From contig CAWGMA010000003.1 of assembly GCA_963823555.1 (NCBI GenBank), positions 1-64,000 on the forward strand: DNA of 64,000 bases, written 5' to 3'. Of the stretch, positions 1-9,660 are shown in pieces (the first letter of the stretch is position 1; every line of letters begins with the position of its first letter). Source of the DNA: Candidatus Eiseniibacteriota bacterium (GTDB lineage: Bacteria; Eisenbacteria; RBG-16-71-46; CAVPCR01). A program made the position numbers and the translations under genes. Below the pieces are notes generated by a model. That model had not been told where the DNA came from. It worked only from the letters and a program-made list of their open reading frames with translations, and searched no databases.

Positions 1-1165
1 CTGTCCTGCTGCTTCGTTCCATTTCTCGTATTGCTCTGATCTTGCTGGTCGGGGCTGGGCTACTGATCCGAAGCTTCCGCGCGCTCACCCAGGTCGATCT
101 CGGCTTTCGACCCGAACGCCTGGTGAGCTTCTTCGTCGGCGCGCCGCCCGCGCCGTTCGACAGCATCGACGCGGTAAGGACCACTATCGGACCCTGGAGG
201 AACGGCTTCGCGCGGTGCCCGGCGTTGCTTCAGTCGGCTCGGTGGACGCCCTGCCGCTCGCCGGCTTCGACAGCGACGTCAACTTCCATATCGAGGGGCG
301 AGCGCTGCCCAAGCCCGGCGAAGGGCAAGTGGCCTGGATCCGGCGCGCGACCCCCGACTATTTTCCGACCCTGGGCCTCGAGCTGGTTGAAGGACGAGGC
401 TTCGACTCGCGCGACACCCAGGACGCAGCACCGGTGGTCATCGTCAACCAGACCCTGGCCAGGCGCAGCTTCGGATCCGAGAGCGCGCTCGGTAAACGCA
501 TCAACGTCAACCGGGCGAGCGCGCCGGTGTGGCGGGAGATCGTCGGCGTCGCTCACGACGTCAAGAACTTCGGTCTGCGCGCCGAGTCACGCAATGCCGC
601 GTACTTCCCGTTCGAGCAGCTGCCCACCCGCGGCATGTTCTTGGTGGTCAGAGCTGGTGGCGATCCAGACTCGGTGATTCCCGCCGTGCGCCAAGCGATC
701 ACTGCGCTCGACCCGACCGCGGCGCCGAGCGTGTCGACGATGAGGGATCTCATCCGTAGCTCGGTGGCCGTCGATCGTTTCCTCACCCAGCTGTTGGCTT
801 TGTTTGCCTTGGTGGCTCTTTTGCTCGCCGCGGTCGGGCTCTATGGCCTGGTCAGCTACAGCGTCGGACGACGGCTGCGCGAGATCGGTCTGCGCATGGC
901 TTTGGGCGCCGATCGGACCGAGGTTTCGTCGTGGGTGCTTCGACAGAGTTTGCGTCTCTCGATCGTGGGCGTGGCCTGTGGACTTCTCGGCGCCCTGTTC
1001 ATGACTCGCTTCATGGCGGGCCTGCTGTTCGAGGTGAGCCCGATCGATCCGCTGACGCTCGGCTCGGTGGCGGCAGTGATGATCGCGGTCACCGCGGGCG
1101 CGAGTGTCGTGCCCGCCTGGCGCGCAGCTCGGACCGACCCGGTCACGGCGCTACGCGCCGACTGA
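1..1165 (+). CDS. ABC transporter permease (MacB/FtsX-like, ADOP type), 5'-truncated by the window, frameshift near 170-215
   Basis: LLIRSFRALTQVDLGF in one frame, then TPDYFPTLGLELVEGRGF, VVIVNQTLARR, GLYGLVSYSVGRRLREIGLRMALGA and C-terminal PAWRAARTDPVTALRAD. Confidence 0.88.
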   Translation, partial: CPAASFHFSYCSDLAGRGWATDPKLPRAHPGRSRLSTRTPGELLRRRAARAVRQHRRGKDHYRTLEERLRAVPGVASVGSVDALPLAGFDSDVNFHIEGRALPKPGEGQVAWIRRATPDYFPTLGLELVEGRGFDSRDTQDAAPVVIVNQTLARRSFGSESALGKRINVNRASAPVWREIVGVAHDVKNFGLRAESRNAAYFPFEQLPTRGMFLVVRAGGDPDSVIPAVRQAITALDPTAAPSVSTMRDLIRSSVAVDRFLTQLLALFALVALLLAAVGLYGLVSYSVGRRLREIGLRMALGADRTEVSSWVLRQSLRLSIVGVACGLLGALFMTRFMAGLLFEVSPIDPLTLGSVAAVMIAVTAGASVVPAWRAARTDPVTALRAD

Positions 1166-1173
1166 GGGCGTAG

Positions 1174-1746
1174 CAGTCCCGAATGCCCCTTCGGGGCGTC
1201 GATGAGTATGAAAGCGCCTGAGCCAGATGTAACAGCGGCGGCGGATCGGAGTCGCCCCGCTGGGTGACGCCTCGGCTGGCGGGTGAATCCAGAGGGTAGG
1301 CCTCGGCTCCGCTCTCCGTCGCTTCGGGCGTGGCGGTGGATCGTGGGGTTCTCGCTGCGCTCCTCCGAGAGGCACCCTGCGGGACGACCCGAGTCCGCCG
1401 CCTTGCGGACGTCTTGGAGGGCGCTCTATTCGAACTTCCACGTCTCTGGGAAAGAGGCCTTTTCAGAACAGTCGTGCATGCCCCTTCGGGGCGCCGATGA
1501 GGATGAAAACGCCTCACTGGATTCGGCTCGAGTGGAGCGGCCGCGCTTGCGCGGCCGAGGCGGACTCTGTCCGCTTTCGTCTCTTCGAAGGGGCGCATTT
1601 TCAGAACAGTCCAGGATGGCCCTCGAGGCTCCGACGAGGATGAAACATTTCACCGAATCATGGCTTTTCATGGCTAGCTCGGCCGAGGCGGACTGTGTCC
1701 GCCTCCTCAAAGGAGAAGGGCAATTTCAGAACAGCCCGTGGTGAAA
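1174..1746 (+). repeat. Intergenic mosaic repeat: 3-4 degenerate copies of a ~50 bp unit plus two copies of a second 23 bp hairpin unit
   Basis: (TTTTCAGAA)CAGTC-N4-ATGCCCCTTCGGGGCG(C/T)CGATGAG(G/T)ATGAAA at ~1174 and 1460, diverged copy at 1598, partial TTTCAGAACAG at 1724; CGGCCGAGGCGGACT(C/G)TGTCCGC at 1552 and 1680. Confidence 0.8.
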
Positions 1747-1808
1747 GTCCCTCCGGCTGCTAGGCCCGCGCCTTGGCGAAGCGGCTCGGTTGCTGGTAGG
1801 AATCGTCT

Positions 1809-2190
1809 GTGAGCGAGCCCCACCACGACGACGAGTTCACCCTTTTCGATTTGCGCGTGGAAGTGATCGGCTCCACCCCGGCCTGGAGATGGTGTGCAAC
1901 CACCGAATCGGCGACTACTTCGAGCTCTGCGGCGAAAATCTGACCCTGCCGCCCGGTCAGTCGTTTCCGATCTATGCCCTCGCGGCCTTGCTGCCGTTGT
2001 TGCCGGCCAAGCAGCGGCAGACCCATGCCAATGACTGGATGACCACCGACAGCGACATCGCCTGCCCGATCCGCTGTGCGGCGCGGTGTTCCGGATCACT
2101 CGGGTCGGCGAGCGGGTGTTCCGACATTCCGAGGTGACCCGCACGCCGCTCTCGTCGGCGCCCGACCCAGCCCCCAAAAAGGACGAATGA
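1809..2190 (+). CDS. TIGR04076-family protein (frameshifted)
   Basis: DDEFTLFDLRVEV...MVCNHRIGDYFELCGENLTLPPGQSFPIYALAALLPLLPAKQRQTHANDWMTTDSDIACP; ATGA overlap with the next gene at 2187-2190. Confidence 0.75.
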
Positions 2191-3275
2191 GCGTCGCCGG
2201 ACCCAGGGGCGCCGTGACCCGTGGCGAGGAGGGAGAACGCTTGGCGGTCGAGCGCGTCGAGATCGCGCCGGGATACACCGTGCCGCGCTGGATTCAAGGC
2301 TGCTGGCAGCTGTCGGCGGGCCACGGCTCGCGGGCTCTCGACGAAGAAACGCTTCTGCGCCGCCTGCTCGAGCGCACTCGTCTCGGTTTCGACACCTTCG
2401 ACTGCGCCGACATCTACACCGGCGTCGAAGAGCTGCTACGGCGGCTACTCGCCGGGCTCGGCGCGCACCTCGGCGCCGCGCACGGTCCAGGTCCACACGA
2501 AGCTCGTCCCCGACCTGGCGCTCCTTAGCCTCGACTCGACCGGCGCTCGGTCGCGCGCGTCGTCGACCGCTCGCTCCGCCGTCTCGGCGTCGACGTCTCG
2601 GACTCGGTTCAGTTCCACTGGTGGGGCTACCAGACAACGGGTTGTGTCGACGTCGTACACTGGCTCGCCGACCTGCGGCGCGCCGGCAAGATCCGTCATC
2701 TCGGGGTCACCAACTTCGACGCCGCGCACTCTCGAGATCGCTCTCGAGCGGGATTCCGATTGCCCTCGTCCAGGTGCAGTACTCGCTGCTCGACCGCCGT
2801 CCGGCGGCGACCTCGGCGATCTCTGCCGCGTCGCGGGGTTCGTCTGCTCTGCTACGGCACTCGCCGGTGGCTTTCTCGCTGAGCGATGCTTGGCGGCGCC
2901 GGACCGATCGAGCTGGCGAACCGATCGCTGGTCAAGTATCGGCTGATCGTCGACGAGCTGGGCGGCTGGCACTGTTTGCAGCGACTGCTCCAGACTCTTC
3001 ACGCGGTGGCGCGGGATCGCCACACCACGATCCCGGCGATCGCGACTCGCTGGGTCCTTGAGCGTCCGAGCGTGGCTGCGGTGATCGTTGGCGTCGGCGA
3101 TGGCAGCCACGATTTGATGGCTCTTCAACCCGCCCAGCTCGGTGACCGCGATCGCCAGAGGATCGACACCGCGCTCACTGAGATGCCGAGTCCGCCAGGC
3201 GGCGTCTACGAGCTCGAGCGCGAGATCGACGGTCGCCACGGACGGATCATGAAGTACGACCTTCAGAGCGGGTGA
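2187..3275 (+). CDS. Aldo/keto reductase (multiple frameshifts)
   Basis: GCWQLSAGHG, GFDTFDCADIYTGVEE, VHTKLVPD, QVQYSLLDRRP, NRSLVKYRLIVDELGGW, GRHGRIMKYDL across frames. Confidence 0.8.
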
Positions 3276-3342
3276 GCTCGCTCGGCTACTATCTTCGACC
3301 TGCGACCACCCCCGGGAACCGAGCCCAGCGTAGAGAACGCAC

Positions 3343-4499
3343 ATGCCAGGTAATAGCTTCGGACACGTCTTCCGCATCACGACCGCCGGCGAGAGCCACG
3401 GGCCGGCCAATGTCGCGATCGTCGACGGGGTACCGGCCGGCTCTCGGCTGTCCGAGGCCGACCTCCGGCCCGATCTGGCGCGGCGTCGCCCCGGCCAGTC
3501 GTCGAGGTCACCACCCAGCGCCAGGAGAGCCGACGACGCGGAGATCCTCTCGGGGGTCTTCGGGGGCACACCACCGGCACCGCGATCTCGCGATCGTGAT
3601 TCGCAACCGCGATCAACGCTCGCGCGACTACTCGACCGACATCGCGACAGTAAATCCGACCCGGCCACGCCGATTACACCTTCGACGCCAAGTACGGTCG
3701 CCGCGACTATCGCGGCGGTGGTCGCTTCGAGCGCGCGCGAGACCAACGTCCGGGTCGCGGCCGGCGCGGTCGCCAAGAAGCTGCTGCGAGTCGCTCCACG
3801 GCGTCGCGGTCGTCGGCTACGTGCGCCAGGTCGGCTCGTCATCGCTGACGCCGGTGCCGGCACGCCGCGGGGGTCGACCAGTCGCCGACGTCGAGGCGAA
3901 CATCGTCCGCTGCCCGGACCGACGCGCGGCGGCGGATGATCGAGCTGATCGAGAAGGTGCGCAAGCAGGCGACTCGATCGGCGGCGTGGCCGAGATCGTC
4001 GCCCCGGAGTGTCCCGGCGGGTTGGGGCGAGCCGGTGTTCGACAAGCTCAAGGCCGATCTCGCAAGGCCCTGTTCAGCCTGCCGGCGGTGCTCGGCGTCG
4101 AGTACGGCACTGGCTTCGGCTGCGCGACGCGCGAGGGGGAGCGAGAACAACGACCGTTCTGTCGCAACGAGGGCGACACCGCGCGATCGTGACCCGACAC
4201 GAACCGCCACGGCGGCATGCTCGGCGGCATCTCGTCGGGCATGCCGATCGTCCTGCGTGCGGCGTCAAGCCGACCAGCAGCTTGCCGCGCGAGCAAGACA
4301 CGGTGACGAATCGCGGCGAACCGACGACGATCCGCACCAAGGGCCGCCACGATCCCGTGCCTGCTGCCGCGCTTCGTACCGATGGCCGAGGCCATGGTCG
4401 CGCATCGTGCTCGCCGATCACTGGCTGCGTCAGCTCAGCATCACGGCCGCCCGAGAGCTGCTCGAGTCGGAGCGACCCAGCGCGAAGAACGGCGCTTGA
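3343..4499 (+). CDS. aroC: Chorismate synthase (multiple frameshifts, probably sequencing errors)
   Basis: [65 protein letters not shown] motifs spread over three frames. Confidence 0.92.
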
Positions 4500-5244
4500 A
4501 CCTCCTGCTGCTGACCGAAGAAGACTTCGACCGCGGCGGTCCTGACTGCCATCGCGTGACCCACGCGGAGGCGACGGTCCGCGACGAGCGGCTCGTTCAC
4601 CTGCGCAAAGTGCTGCGGGCCGAGGTCGGCGACTCCCTGAAGGCGGGGTTGCTCGACGGCAAGGTCGGTCGCGCGACCGTGCTCGCGATCGATGTGCGCG
4701 GGTGTCGTCTCGAGGTCGAGCTCGATTCGGATCCGCCAGCGCCGCTCCCCGCCTCGCTGGTGCTCGCCCTGCCCCGGCCCAAGTTCCTGGGCCGCATCCT
4801 GCAGTCCGCGACGACCATGGGAGTCAAGGAGATGGCGTTCGACAGCGCGCGGGTCGAAAAGAGCTTCTGGAGCAGCTCGCTGCTCGAGCCGGCAAGGCTC
4901 GAGCGGCATCTGCTCCTGGGTCTCGCGCAGGGCCGCGACACGGCCCTGCCGAGGCTTCGAGATCGAGCGCAGCTGGAACGACGCCGTCGAGCTTCTGGCG
5001 GCGCGACTCGTCGACTCGAAGGGCTACCTCGCCGACGGCGACGCCGAGCATCCCTTTGCAGCTTCGATCCCGGGCCCCACGGTAGTCTTGGTCGGTCCGG
5101 AGGGCGGCCTGATCGATGCTGAGATCGCGCAGCTCGAGGCGATCGGCTTCGAGCCGCGGAGCCTGGGACCGAGACCGCTTCGGGTGGAGACAGCGGTGCG
5201 CGGTTCTCCTCGGGCGAGTCAGCAATCCATGCCCCGACTCTTGA
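4496..5244 (+). CDS. rsmE: 16S rRNA m3U1498 methyltransferase RsmE (frameshift near 4960)
   Basis: HLRKVLRAEVGD, LALPRPK, RVEKSFWSS, GLAQGRDT, VGPEGG, SLGPRPLRVETAV; TTG start overlaps the aroC stop. Confidence 0.85.
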
Positions 5245-5549
5245 TCGGTCCAATCGTTCCCACGGAATCGTTGAAGTCGCGACCAGGCCAAGCAGGTTCC
5301 AACACTCGTGGCACAATGGCCCCACCAACTCAAGGCCCGGTCGAGAAGCTGATGCGAGGCGTGCACCAAGATCACCGCCGCCAGCGGCTTTGGCGTCAAC
5401 CCCGGAGTCACCGTGACGCTCCAGTCAGGCGGCACGATCGAGTTTCAGGCCGGCTCCAGTGCGGCGGGGATTCTCAACGCAAAAATCGGCTTCCCCTGAG
5501 CGCTGGCCTCGGAGCGACGGCGGAGCGACCGTCGCTCCCCACGTAACGA

Positions 5550-6566
5550 TTGGTTCGCGGGTTGATCACCCACATCACCAACGGCGAATCGGCGGCCGCT
5601 CGCATCCGCAATTCGGGTGTCGACGGCGAGGTCTTTTCCTGGGACGACGTTCTTCACGAGGGGCCGGTTTCTGCCGGTCTGGCGCTCGGCGAGCTGAGTG
5701 TGGTTCGCGCCGCCTTCGTCGCAAGCCAGGGTTGGAGCGATCCCGAGAGCGCGCGAGAACGATTCGAGGAACGAAACCGTCGCCTCGAGCGGTCTCTTTT
5801 TCTGCGACGAGGTCTGCCTGTGGTTCGAGCACGATCTCTACGATCAGCTCCAGCTCTTGCAGCTGCTCGACTGGTTCCACGGCCGATGGCCAGGCAACGT
5901 CCAGCGCAACGCACCCGCTGCAAGCGGTAGCAGGCTCAGCCTGGTCTCTATTGGCGACCACGAGTCGGTGTCGTCCTTTCTCGGCCTCGGCCAACTCGAA
6001 CCCGAGTACTTCCCGGCGCTGTTCGACGACCGGATCACCGTCGGCCGCGATCTGTTGAAGCTCGGCCAGGAAGGCTGGCGAGCCTTCCGCGCCGATCCGC
6101 TCTGTTGGCTCGACCTGGCAACTCATCCGCGGCCCGCGCTTCCGTTCCTGGCCAACGCGATGACGAGACTGCTCCAAGAGCCGCCCTCGACTCGCAACGG
6201 CCTGGGCCGCACCGAGCAACAGGCGCTGAACAAGTGAACGGACGGAGCCGTACCCTGGGCGAGCTGTTCTGCGATTCCCAGCGGCGCGAGCAGGCTCCGT
6301 TCCTGGGCGACCTGGTTTTCTTCGATCGCATCGAGGCGCTGGCAACCGAGCCCCGAGCCTTGCTGATCCTCGAGCAGGGTCGAGGATCGGTGACGCCGGC
6401 GAGGGCATGCCGCACAGCCCGGTTGACGCCAGACGGCGAGGCAGTGGCGAGCGGCGAGCTCGACGCCATCGACGTCCTCGGTTGCGATCGCTGGTTGGGT
6501 GGCGTCCACCTGCTTGCTGGACATGCGATGTGGCGCTGGGACGGCGAGCGCCCAATCATGATCTGA
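5550..6566 (+). CDS. DUF1835-domain protein (frameshifted)
   Basis: HITNGESAA, WDDVLHEGPV, LWFEHDLYDQLQL, FLGDLVF, RWLGGVHL...WRWD. Confidence 0.75.
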
Positions 6567-6663
6567 CACCGAGGTCTCGGTACTCGGCCTCGGGCTCTCC
6601 ATTCTGGGCTCGAGCGCGTGCTCCGTTAAGATCGGAGCGAAGTCGAGAACGGAGCGCAGAAGC

Positions 6664-7105
6664 ATGGTCGAGCGAACTGTCCCCACCGACCGCCCGAGAT
6701 CCGAGATCAGCCGCCGCGCGGTGCTCGGCGGAGCCGCCGCCACTCTCCGGTGTGGGCCTTTGCGGTTGGACCTGCCGGCGCGATCTTGCGGGTCGCGGTC
6801 GAAGAAGGAACGGAGTGGCAGCCTCTTCTGTTCACCCGAGAGCAGGCGCACGCGGTCGCTACCCTTGCCGAAACGATCCTGCCGGCGACCACCGAGCCCA
6901 AGCGAAGCCCCGGCGCACTCGACGCGCGGGTCCACGAGTTCATCGACCTAGAGCTGTCGCTGGCCGACGACGACGCGCCGACCGAGTTCCTACAAGGACT
7001 CGCCTGGGTCGAAGCACGCAGTGAGGCGGTATACGATGGCGCCGTCGCCGATCTCTCGGGCGCCGAGCGCATCGAGCTGCTCGACCCGATCAGCGACCGC
7101 CACGA
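6664..7105 (+). CDS. Gluconate 2-dehydrogenase subunit 3-like Tat-exported protein, frameshifted and 3'-truncated at the junction
   Basis: Twin-arginine ISRRAVLGG; LAETILPAT..SPGALDARVHEFIDL; the C-terminal part is missing. Confidence 0.65.
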
Positions 7106-7109
7106 GATC

Positions 7110-8465
7110 GCGCAGACGCGGCCGAGGTAGTCCTTCACCAGCCCGAGGAAGCGCTCCTGCTGGCCGCGGTAGAGCCAGACGATGGCCGCGAGGTTCTGCA
7201 TCTGCTCGGGCGAGAAGTCGTAGATCTTGCGCGTGACCTTGCGGTAGACGTTGCGCGCGTCGAGCATCAGCACCTTGTCGCGGCGCTCGGCCGGCTTGGC
7301 CCGGTCGAAGTGCCACAGCTCGCAGGGGACGGTGCGGGTGTAGAAGAAGTTGGAGCGGATGGAGATCATCACGTCCACGTCGCCGGTCTCGACGATCTTC
7401 TGGCGCACCTCCTTCTCGCCGTGCCCGGCGCTGGACGCCTGCGAGGACATGACGAAGCCGGCGCGGCCCTTGTCGCTCAGGTAGCTCCAGAAGTAGGAGA
7501 TCCAGAGGTAGTTGCCGTTGCAGACCTTCTTCTGCTTGTTCACGCCCGGCAGGCCGAAGGGCAGGCGCGGGTCGCCCTTGATGCGCTCGGCGTCCACCAG
7601 GTCCACGTTGAAGGGCGGATTGGCCATCACGAAGTCGCACTTGCCGACGAGGCTGTGCTCGTCCTGGTAGTAGGTGATGGCCTCGGCGATCTTGCCCTCC
7701 AGCCCGTGCACCGCGAGGTTCATCTTGGCGATGCGGATGGTGTCGCGGTTCTTCTCCTGGCCGTAGAAGACGACCTTCTTCGCCGTGTCGCCGCCCTCGT
7801 GCTCGATGAAGTGGCTGGACTGCACGAACATGCCGCCCGAGCCGCAGGCCGGGTCGAACACCGTGCCGTGGTCGGGCTCGATGACGTTGACGATGGTCTG
7901 CACGATCGACGACGGCGTGAAGAACTCGCCGTTGTCGTGCGCCTTCTGGATCGAGAACTTGGCGAGGAAGTACTCGTAGATGCGGCCGAAGACGTCGCCG
8001 GTGGCCTGCTTGATCTGCTCGCTGTTGAACAGGCGCATCAGGTCTTCGAGCACCTTGGTCTCGAAGATGCCGTAGTCCTTGGGCAGCACGCCGAGGAGCG
8101 GCTCGAACTCGGCCTCGATGGCGGTCATGGCCTCGGTGACGAGCTTGGGCAGGTCGGCGCCGCTCACGGCGGCCTGCTGCATGATCCAGTCGTAGCGGGC
8201 CTTCTCGGGCAGGTAGAGCGAGCGGCGGCGCGATGTAGTCGGCCGGCAGGACCTTGCGCTTCGGCATCTTGCCGCTGGCCTGGTCGGCCTCGATCTGCCG
8301 GTGCGCGGCGTCGAAGCGGTTGGCGGCGTGGCGCAGGAAGATGACGCCCAGCACCGGCATGAAGTAGTCGCTGGAGGTGAGCTTGGAGTTGGCGCGGAGG
8401 TTGTCCGCGGCCTCCCAGAGGTCGGCTTCGAGCTTCTCGATGTCCTTGAAGGCGTCGCTGTTCAT
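7110..8465 (-). CDS. hsdM: Type I restriction-modification methyltransferase subunit M (N6-adenine); 1-nt frameshift near 8225; 3'-truncated at the junction
   Basis: LEADLWEAADNLRANSKL, DVFGRIYEYFL, GEFFTPSSIV, FDPACGSGGMF (motif I), MANPPFN (motif IV). Confidence 0.93.
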
Positions 8466-8566
8466 GCCGTGCGGGGGTTCCCTTCGTTCATGTCATGGGT
8501 GCTGCGAGGACGCCCGGCATTCGGTTCCGGTTCGGCTGGCCAGCGCGCCATGAGCGTTCCCGGGAG

Positions 8567-8626
8567 GCCTAACGCCCAGCATCAGCAGCGGCGCGGAGCG
8601 CCGTCCGCTGCATGCTGTTGTTAGGT
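8567..8626 (-). mobile_element. Integron attC site 6 (60 bp)
   Basis: Minus strand ACCTAAC-aacag-CATGCAGC...GCTGATG-ctgggc-GTTAGGC; R'' GGCAACCTAAC is the exact complement of GTTAGGTTGCC at the start of the same cassette (9581-9591). Confidence 0.92.
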
Positions 8627-8632
8627 TGCCTC

Positions 8633-9550
8633 TCATACTCGCTTCGAACTCCAGTACTCACGCAAGCTAGCAATTCTGCCATTGGACAGCTCTATGATTG
8701 CGACCTCTCGGATCTGTTTTCGCACGCCCTGGACGAGATCATCAAATTCTGCCTCCCACTCTGCGACCCCCGTTTCACCGCCCCCGTGAAGCGAGAGTAT
8801 CCGGAACTGTATGCTTGCCTGTTGGTCAACGACCTTTCGCTCCCAGTATTGTCGTATTTCAGCGATACCTTTAAGGGGGCGATCAAAGGCCCGTTCTTGG
8901 TAGATAGCATCAGAAGTGAAGAGGCTGCCCAACGCATCCACATCCTGGCTAGTCCACGCTTCGCCATAGCGACTCACGAGTTCTTTCAGTCCGTCCTGGG
9001 GCGGGCGACAAAGGTCCACCAGAGCAGCGTCCGGTTTCCAACTCTCGCGCAGCGCGCTGACCGAGCGCTTGGATGTGTCTCTGCTCACGAGCTTCCATGC
9101 CCACGGCCCGTACTCGACGGTACCCTGAGAATCAAAGCCGAGCCACTTTCCGAGCATGGCATTGCCAGTAGTATGGAGCACGAACTGGAACGTCCCATGC
9201 CAGATTTCGCCTTCGGCCAAGTTCTCCCAGCGACCCGTCAGATACGTTGCACTCTTCAGGCGACCTGAAAGCCGGTGAGTATGGGATTGAGATGTCACGT
9301 TGCGAGCAACGACGAAAGGGCCAACCTGACTGAGACGCATTAGCTGCTGTTCGTACCTGAAAATGCCCTTCGATGGGTACCTATAGCAGCATTCCCAGAT
9401 TCCTCGGACATGACGTCCCGGGCGAGGGAGCCCTCCTGAGACGATTCGTGCCAAGAAGTGATGAAGGGGCTCCTGGAGCACAATCTGGCTTGCAGCGGCA
9501 AGCACCACCCCTGCCACGAATAGGGCTATGGCGAGGACGGCGTCAATCAT
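8633..9550 (-). CDS. Gene cassette 6: N-terminal TM helix + beta-strand-rich domain + C-terminal SnoaL/NTF2-like domain
   Basis: Hydrophobic N-terminus; LTGRWEN..GEIWHGTFQFVLHTTGNAMLGKWLGF; YGEAWTSQDVDALGSLFTSDAIY...GIAEIRQYW...GRIASLREYW; bounded by attC sites. Confidence 0.75.
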   Translation of the reverse strand: MIDAVLAIALFVAGVVLAAASQIVLQEPLHHFLARIVSGGLPRPGRHVRGIWECCYRYPSKGIFRYEQQLMRLSQVGPFVVARNVTSQSHTHRLSGRLKSATYLTGRWENLAEGEIWHGTFQFVLHTTGNAMLGKWLGFDSQGTVEYGPWAWKLVSRDTSKRSVSALRESWKPDAALVDLCRPPQDGLKELVSRYGEAWTSQDVDALGSLFTSDAIYQERAFDRPLKGIAEIRQYWERKVVDQQASIQFRILSLHGGGETGVAEWEAEFDDLVQGVRKQIREVAIIELSNGRIASLREYWSSKRV

Positions 9551-9584
9551 CGGTGTCGCTCACTTCCAAATGCATCGTTTGGCA

Positions 9585-9644
9585 ACCTAACGTGGGGCAT
9601 CAGCGGCGGCGCACAGCGCCGGCCGCTGCATGCGGCTGTTAGCC
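9585..9644 (-). mobile_element. Integron attC site 5 (60 bp), R'' box rebuilt by the IS end
   Basis: Minus strand GGCTAAC-agccg-CATGCAGC...GCTGATG-ccccac-GTTAGGT; same short family as attC6. Confidence 0.9.
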
Positions 9645-9660
9645 TCAATGTAGCGAAAAG

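Noticed and set aside
1195..1646. Hammerhead ribozyme cores (GATGAG...GAAA)
   Set aside because: The sequence reads CCGA or TCGA, not CTGA, and there is no room for stem II between GATGA and GAAA.
1174..1746. CRISPR array
   Set aside because: The repeats are degenerate and ~50 bp, spacing is very unequal, two spacers share sequence, and no cas genes are present.
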